From: Antedon mediterranea
Lineage: Eukaryota > Animalia > Echinodermata
Direction of reading: 5' to 3'
Assembly: GCF_964355755.1 (NCBI RefSeq)
Contig: NC_092675.1
Location: 3,777,812-3,841,811, forward strand
Length of the DNA stretch: 64,000 nt
Under the pieces are notes generated by a model, which was not told where the DNA came from, ran no database searches, and was given only the letters and a program-made list of their open reading frames with translations. Below, in pieces: positions 56,501-64,000 of the stretch. A program made the position numbers and the translations under genes. Position 1 is the stretch's first letter. Each line of letters begins with the position of its first letter.

Positions 56501-59500
56501 GAATAATGATAATCCAACTCTTGCCGCATTGCTTACGTTTGCCTCTCTCCACCCACGTGTATAAATGGGTACCCGGTTAGATCAAGACACAACTTTGCGC
56601 TGATTAATAGCTGCATTATGGGAGTTATGTTTCCATACATGTTTGATCCAAAACAATGACTGGGGTAATAATGTTTCAATTCAATTTCAATTTTTTTAAA
56701 TCCTGGATATCATTATTATTCACTTTAATAGGTCCTGAAAGAGTTTCCTCAATGCTATTCAGTAGTTAACATTTTTAAAGTTTTAATAATTAATATTGGA
56801 CTATTTTAATCTTTCGTAACATTTGTCGTATTCAGTTGGGACTTTTACCGTTGAGTATAGTTTTTCCGTTAAATATTTATTTAATGGAGTATTTTGAACG
56901 TTAAGATTATTCTTATCAAAAAAGCTTAAATTGTTAGCGTTTTCTATTGGAAAGATTTTCTGTTGAGCACAATCTGTTTACAATTCGAATACACAAGTAT
57001 AAAGAACTCAAAAAAGTTCCCAATCAATATGACAAGTGCATTGTTATTTAAACAGAATCTACCTACAACACTAAAACATATAAGTTCTCTCTGAAAATAA
57101 TCAAGTCGTCTTTTTTCTATTGCTCCTAAATATGTCTGTAATCTGGTGTACGAGTATGGGAACGAATATGAAAATTGGTATGTGTCGACATCTCGATCGA
57201 AGCAAAATGCAAACGACATTACATAATTTTTCCGGTGTTCAGGACATTTGTAATAGTATACATTCTTTGATGGGATTCTTTGCCTACAAAACAGAAATAA
57301 AATAGCATTTAAATGGTTATATTTTGATTATTATTATTATTTATTATTTACATTTATTTACCCAGGGTAGCCCAAACAGTTAAGAACTGGTTTCCATTGA
57401 GGCCCTGCATTTTACGTACAAAAGCAATAGCACACAGTTAATAATGTTTGGATTACAATAAAAATATGGAAAAAAAAAAAAATTTTTTTTAAATCAATAA
57501 ATATACAACAATAACTTCGGATACAATTACAATTTGAGGGCAACGTAGCTCCTCTCATTTTGAACACAGTAAGGTCTTAATTGTACTTAATGCATTGAAT
57601 CATACAAATTAGATTTAAAAACATTTACAGACGTCTCGGTTCTCAAGTCGATATGCAAATTGTTCCATATATTTGCCCCACTTACACAAAAACTCGTGAG
57701 GTAACTTTCCTTTTTTGCAACTTCATAGTTGTTGACTGCCTCGTTTCACGAGTTTGAGGTAATGGAGTGAATAGGTTTGTCATGCCTGGGGGTGCCAAAT
57801 TGTTGAGACATTTAAAAACCAGTATGGCTTTTTTATATGTGACAGTAATAATAATAATAATAAAGAATATTATGATTAAATGTTACTTAAGCTCTGTCTA
57901 CACTATCAAACTTTATATGTAATGTGCCCATATATGGACATGATGTCGTCATATTACTACCATATTTGAGCACATGACCCTTTTTTGATAGTGTAGACAG
58001 AGCTTTAGGCATTTAAAATTATTATTACCATCGTGGTCTTGATGTTGACTTTACAACTGGAGTCATACCATCTCTATATAAACTTTTTGTCTTACTAAAA
58101 TTTACGACGTTAAATATAACTCTCTGTAAAAAAAGATACAGTAATACTGTATAAGATGATACCAAAACAAAAATATATAATTCTCTTTCATGTTACATTT
58201 CTTGTGATTACTGAGGAGCTGATAATAGTCTATTTATATGAAATTAATGATCAATCAATGAAAAATAATGCCATGCAACTTTGTTTCTGATTTTAAAAAA
58301 GGTCTACTTGTTTAGGCCTGACATTTACAATCTCACTTTCAAAAACAATATTTATTTTCAATTTAAAAAAAATATATTTCTACACTACAAGCAACCTCTA
58401 TATATACTGAATAAAAAAAATAAAAAAAACTCTATTCAGGAGGACTTTGCTGGGTTCTTTTAATATAATTCTTACTGTAAGAAACATTTCAAATTATAAT
58501 CTTACAAAAATTATTATTTTAAATTGTATCAATTAAATCATTTAACACAAATTACAAGAAATTATATAATTTCATAAATACATCTTCTTTTGAGATAAAC
58601 CTATTGTAGGTAAGCTAGACATAAAAAAGACTTTAAAATTGTATAAAAATTATAAAACGCATGCTTCCTTAAAGTATCATTTTACTCTTGTTTATAAAAT
58701 TAAAATTAAATTAAAATTAAATTAAAATCATCTTTTGTCTCAACCCTATAAACTGTACCAATTTATAAGACACAATTAAGTTGATAAGACTTTATAAGAG
58801 TTTATAAAGAGTTCTAATTCCATCATAATTGTAATAAATTCTATCAAAATATTAAATTAAATTTAGTCATTCACACCTGATCTTGTTTGACATTTTCTAC
58901 GGTAAAATTAAACCAGACACGAAACCTTGCATTACATGTGTCCGGTCGAATAAACAAGTCATACTCATATTCAGTTATGTAGTCTGCACGGCCAAGGTTT
59001 CCTACGAGATATTTGGAAAAAAAAAAGGAATCGGTTTGTACAAAATAAAGTACAATTTCAATAAATTATGATATAAAATATAGTAATTTGTGACAATTCA
59101 AAAAAAAAAAAAACATTTATTTTCCTCCATAGCAATACAATACAAAATAATAAACAGAAATGGTAATAGCAATGAATCCAAAAAATGTGATGTGCCTATG
59201 TATATGGACATGATGATGTCATATCACTACCATATTAAAGAATAGCACTACCATATATAGGCACATTACACTTTTTTGACACACAAGTTTGATAGTGTAG
59301 ACAAGGCTTAAGACTGTTTAACAACAACATAAATCTTCTTTAAACTGGTCAAGTATTTCTAAGAATAAAAATGCTGTGTTGTTCCCACCTCCACCACTCC
59401 AACTTTGTTTTAATACATCACTGGATCTTTTATATTAATTTATAATGTTATTTTTCAATATAATGGCAAAATTCATTTTTTTTTTCGTACTCAATTAATT

Positions 59501-60412
59501 TTGAGGTACTTAAGTGACGGTGTTACAATACTTAATAAATAATACCTACCACATTCAAAACATGCATCAAATATAAGATGACCCTTCCTAGGCTTTCCTA
59601 CATAACCTGGAGGTACAACAGCAAACTTGTTTACATTGCCAACTACAGAATCCTCACTGCTACTGTCACTACCCGCTGATGAAAAAATGTATGATTAAAC
59701 ATTTAAAATAATCAAATAAATTAAAATAACATAGGCCTAGCTAGGCCTAGTATTGGAAGTGGTTTTGATTTCAAGTGGGCAAACAATCAACACAAAAACT
59801 ATAATAAAGTAGGGCCATAACTAGGCCTAGTCCAAACTAGGCTATCTTACCTAGCCTAATGCCTACGTCCTATATTTAGTATGTTATAATACTGGCCTCT
59901 AGGCCTAGCCTAGTAGATAGAGGCTAGGCTAGTCTACTGGCCTAGTCTCTAGACTAGCCTCTAACTAGCTATTTATAGCCTCTAATCTAATAAATAGGGC
60001 CAGGCTAGAATTCTGTCTGGTCTCTTGTTGGAGCAAAAGGGATACATCACCTAGGCCTGGCCAAAGTAAGTTAGGACCTAGCCTAGAGGGCTTGTACTTG
60101 GCTAGGCTAATCAACTAGCCTACTATACACCGACCAGGCAGCACAGCGTAGCCGGCAGAGTGAATCCACAAACACTCCCACGCACGGCACGGGCCACGCA
60201 GCAGCTGCTAGGCTAGCGTCCCGTTGCTAGGGAGTATTAAATGATTTTTCAAACCTTAATCGAGAAGAGAAATATATTACTTTTGTTGTTACAATTTTTG
60301 TTTACATTATACAAAGGGTTACATGTCATTTTGTGTTTTATAATTGTTATAAAGACAGTGAAATGTCTTTTCATAATGTTTACTCACCCGATTCTGGCTT
60401 CTTATCCGCCAT
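47562..60412 (-). CDS. AGBL4: Cytosolic carboxypeptidase 6 (tubulin deglutamylase, M14 family), 12 coding exons, ~511 aa
   Basis: Exons (minus): 60412-60388, 59675-59550, 59001-58877, 58123-58029, 57283-57067, 56405-56276, 50567-50453, 49821-49710, 49100-48948, 48660-48498, 48175-48075, 47735-47562. Motifs [84 protein letters not shown]. The last exon is the least certain. Confidence 0.94.
48176..48497 (-). other. U12-type (minor spliceosome) GT-AG intron in AGBL4
   Basis: Donor GTATCCTTT (48497-48489) and branch point TTCTTTAAC close to the 3' AG; splicing keeps the frame (S-Y-MKLGRN). Confidence 0.85.
50592..50950. repeat. ~200-bp imperfect tandem duplication next to AGBL4 exon 7
   Basis: aaaatgtgctttgacagattaaaggtcacagaatagacaaaa.aggaatatggcattg at ~50595 and ~50800. 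Confidence 0.85.
51260..51569. mobile_element. TTAA-flanked MITE, full-length copy
   Basis: ttaaagatgtattgtcccc ... ggggaacaatacatcttgaa terminal inverted repeat. Confidence 0.8.
52380..52455. mobile_element. Short retroelement 3'-tail-like repeat; second copy 43753-43825
   Basis: caccttatttatagagggtgaccctaaaca...aatcaaggggccctcttgatga is shared between the two sites. Confidence 0.7.
55120..55405 (+). mobile_element. Degenerate CR1/L2-group LINE 3' end
   Basis: Translates to FSVIGLKLWNNLPINVRIAISVQCFK, the typical LINE ORF2 C-terminal WNxLP motif. Confidence 0.6.
56035..56270. repeat. ~30-bp minisatellite (cactttctgatgacaaatca..) beside the AGBL4 exon 6 donor
   Basis: About 6 clear units plus decayed ones; it generates the ICHQKV / MTNHH pseudo-ORFs. 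Confidence 0.85.
56512..56675 (+). mobile_element. Internal fragment of the tRNA-derived SINE family
   Basis: aatccaactcttgccgcattgctt...ctctccacccacgtgtataaatgggtacc...ggggtaataatg. Confidence 0.85.
57350..57842 (-). mobile_element. CR1/L2-group LINE 3' fragment
   Basis: Minus strand VFKCLNNLAPP ... FCVSGANIWNNLHIDLR, followed by a 3' UTR and an A-rich/(TAA)n tail. Confidence 0.7.
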
Positions 60413-61171
60413 ATTTTCCGCTCCTGTTTACATTGATGATATTGTTATTTACCCGGTGGCAGTGCAAATAGTATTTATTACATTTAGAAAGTAAGTATAA
60501 TAAGGTATACAGTAACTTCAAGAGTCAGCAGTCCGACATATATAATTAATGTAATTATAGTATTCAGTAAGAGGAACAATAGACTATTAACATTTTCTTT
60601 AATAAATAATAGTAATAATGGTAATAAGTCTCTGTTATTCATCTTTTTTATGTTTTAGTCCAGTTCAGTTTCGATTTTTTGCTTACTTAGGCCTAATTTT
60701 TCTTACGACACCCGATACCAGAGTATAAAGGGACTGCTATAGAAGAAAGCTACGGCTTTTAAAACAGGTCAATCAATCATTTGGTGTTAAATTTGTAAAA
60801 ATGTGATTAATTAAATTGAACAAAACTTGTTTACAATATTGTAATATTGCTTTAAAATGTATTCGTTTACTCTGTAAAAGGTTAAAACACGAGCGGACAT
60901 TGTCATTTCAAAGTACATTCACATTCATTTTTATATTAGTAATAATAAGTACAACATCCATTATGTCTCTTTGTTATATCATCATGATAAGAGCGTGGGA
61001 TTCTGGTGCCAGTAATTGTAAACAATAAACGTACGTGTATTACACCTATAAGGATTAACACAAATTAAACATGATTTATAACATAACAGTCTTAAATTTC
61101 ACTATAAATTAAAGTTTAAAAACGGATTATGGAAATATATGTAGAAACATATTATATTGCGTTGTCTCATG

Positions 61172-62409
61172 CTGTTTGGACTTGCTTGCTCGCCTCTTGT
61201 TTGGACTTGCTTGCTCGCCTCTTGTTGGACTTGCTTGCTCGCCTCTTGTTTGGACTTGCTTGCTCGCCTCTTGTTTGGACTTGCTTGCTGGCCTCTTGTT
61301 TGGACTTGCTTGCTCGCCTCTTGTTTGGACTTGCTTGCTCGCCTCTTGTTTGGACTTGCTTGCTCGCCTCTTGTTTGGACTTGCTTGCTCGCCTCTTGTT
61401 TGGACTTGCTTGCTCGCCTCTTGTTTGGACTTGCTTGCTCGCCTCTTGTTTGGACTTGCTTGCTCGCCTCTTGTTTGGACTTTGCTTGCTCGCCTCTTGT
61501 TTGGACTTGCTTGCTCACCTCTTGTTTGGACTTGCTTGCTCGCCTCTTGTTTGGACTTGCTTGCTCGCCTCTTGTTTGGACTTGCTTGCTCGCCTCTTGT
61601 TTGGACTTGCTTGCTCGCCTCTTGTTTGGACTTGCTTGCTCGCCTCTTGTTTGGACTTGCTTGCTCGCCTCTTGTTTGGACTTGCTTGCTCGCCTCTTGT
61701 TTGGACTTTGCTTGCTCGCCTCTTGTTTGGACTTGCTTGCTCACCTCTTGTTTGGACTTGCTTGCTCGCCTCTTGTTTGGACTTGCTTGCTCGCCTCTTG
61801 TTTGGACTTGCTTGCTCGCCTCTTGTTTGGACTTGCTTGCTCGCCTCTTGTTTGGACTTGCTTGCTCGCCTCTTGTTTTGGACTTGCTTGCTCGCCTCTT
61901 GTTTTGACTTGCTTGCTCGCCTCTTGTTTTGACTTGCTTGCTCGCCTCTTGTTTGGACTTGCTTGCTCGCCTCTTGTTTGGACTTGCTTGCTCGCCTCTT
62001 GTTTTGGACTTGCTTGCTCGCCTCTTGTTTGGACTTGCTTGCTCGCCTCTTGTTTGGACTTGCTTGCTCACCTCTTGTTTGGACTTGCTTGCTCGCCTCT
62101 TGTTTGGACTTGCTTGCTCGCCTCTTGTTTGGACTTGCTTGCTCGCCTCTTTTTTTGGACTTGCTTGCTCGCCTCTTGTTTGGACTTGCTTGCTCACCTC
62201 TTGTTTGGACTTGCTTGCTCGCCTCTTGTTTTGGACTTGCTTGCTCGCCTCTTGTTTTGGACTTGCTTGCTCGCCTCTTGTTTTGGACTTGCTTGCTCGC
62301 CTCTTGTTTGGACTTGCTTGCTCGCCTCTTGTTTGGACTTGCTTGCTCGCCTCTTGTTTGGACTTGCTTGCTCGCCTCTTGTTTGGACTTGCTTGCTCGC
62401 CTCTTGTTT
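61172..62409. repeat. 25-bp satellite (gtttggacttgcttgctcgcctctt)n, ~49 copies
   Basis: Direct tandem copies with no spacers and only single-base variants or indels; source of all ORFs at 61102-62426. Confidence 0.98.
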
Positions 62410-64000
62410 CCAAAATGAATGAATAAATTAAATCAATTCAATTATTTGCTTATTCTAATCATTATTATTTGAAAGGTTTTATGTTCTACTTGTTCTATTT
62501 ATGTTCTTGTTTATTCCTCATCAAAAAATAAAAAATATTTATAAAGACTTGACAACATTGTTATATCCATAAAGTTCACACATACTGTACCGCCGGACCT
62601 AAAATGTTTTCCTCTCTGTCTCTCTCCCCTGATGACTACCACACTTCATTTCATGGGATCTTTCAATGTATAAATTGAATAGCATCTCTATAAAAAATAA
62701 TTAAAATTGATTAAAATGGATATTTTACATAACAACAGATGTAATTCAATAAATTTGTTTAGTTTTGCTGTTCAATTCTTGCATTTTAATCAGATAATTT
62801 CTTATAAGACCAAAAATGACTGAATTGAATTGAAAATGAGGTATAGGCCTATCTTATTTTTAATATTACAAACTGAATGATTTTTTGCGGATCATGGTAT
62901 TATAGAATGACGAATGGGACTCTGTATAGTGTAGGCCTTTACATTTATTTTATCGTTTTTATAAATAATAATTATATTATTTTGTAATTAAAAAATGTGT
63001 TAAAATGTGGTCACATATTATTATACAAATGCGATCTGATCGACAATGAGTGTTCCGTTATCAGATCAATAAGCAGTATACGGCCGTCGTAGAAATAGCA
63101 TGTGAATGAATACAAAATACGTTATAGCCCCCTCTATAGTTTAAAAAAGTTTTTTGGCACACGGTCTCTCTCTCCTCGCGGCGGTGTGGTACCACAGTAT
63201 AACAAACGATCTATGTGTTATAGTAGGACAAAATAATAACGTATTAATAACAACATACTAACATTAATAATGAATAATAGAACAACATTAATTTTTGTTG
63301 GGGTGCAAACATTATTCACTTCGCATACTGTAGCATTTTATGTTGATGAATGCATTCTGTGATATCATTGATTTTATGTCGTGCGCCCTCTATATTATTG
63401 CAAATCTCGTAAACTTTTTGTATGGTATCACTGTACAGTAGGCCGCCTATAGCAAAAAAAAAATGTTTATTCGGAAACTGTTAAATTCTATTATAAAGAT
63501 TATTTGTACCAATATTTATAACTTACTTTACCTATATTATGTTGCATCATACTAGGAGCATTTTCAATCGAATTTCTGTTTGGGTGTAGGTGGGTGGATC
63601 AATCAAAATAGCCTACTAGACTACACAGTATCTTGCCTATATAATTTTTTTTAAACTGAAAGTAAAAATGAATCATTTTTTTTCCTGTTCAAACAAAACA
63701 TCTTTTTTACTAATTCGTATTCATAATCACCATCACATCACTATGTGTGTTTTTTATCTAAAATCAAATCCCACACACTTGTCATCCATGTCTATTCAGA
63801 TATCACAGATAATGTTTATCAAAATAATGGCTTTCTTCACCATAATACCACACCGTCTTGTTCCACACTTTTAGCATCGACATACATTTACAGCTAAAAG
63901 TCTTTGGCATGCTTCAAGTATGGAATCAAAATACGGCTGTATAAAATGGAAGTTTCGAAATGTGTCTGCAGGCACAACTCAGTCCATCATGACGTCACGA

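Noticed and set aside
61102-62426. Long overlapping ORFs on both strands (up to 428 aa) and a possible CRISPR-like array
   Set aside because: All arise from a stop-free 25-bp tandem unit; there are no unique spacers, no cas genes, and the context is eukaryotic.
63870-64000. Possible minus-strand coding end with an in-frame TGA at the window edge
   Set aside because: All three frames hit stops, no recognisable homology or SECIS, and the context is cut off by the window end.

Overview
AT-rich, intron-rich animal genomic DNA, most likely an invertebrate deuterostome such as an echinoderm (inferred from protein similarity and repeat content). It is not prokaryotic and I see no CRISPR array. Three complete conserved genes can be spliced by hand with consistent phases: ANO8 (anoctamin-8, +, 16 coding exons, ~797 aa, 5962-19792), POLR1A (RNA polymerase I largest subunit, +, 33 coding exons, ~1691 aa, 27450-45146) and AGBL4/CCP6 (cytosolic carboxypeptidase 6, -, 12 coding exons, ~511 aa, 60412-47562). 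Between ANO8 and POLR1A is a candidate orphan two-exon gene (-, ~160 aa, hydrophobic C-terminus, RFX X-box upstream). Introns are packed with MITEs (one family has about 20 copies), tRNA-derived SINEs, LINE 3' fragments and tandem repeats, including a 25-bp satellite at 61172-62409 that explains all the long ORFs there. The best leads are a minimal type I hammerhead ribozyme on the sense strand of POLR1A intron 4, next to an inverted repeat pair bracketing exons 5-8, a U12-type intron in AGBL4, tandemly multiplied splice donors in ANO8, a MITE-seeded tandem array, and TAGGCCTA-rich clusters at gene 5' ends. I cannot show a wholly new system from sequence alone; these are testable candidates.
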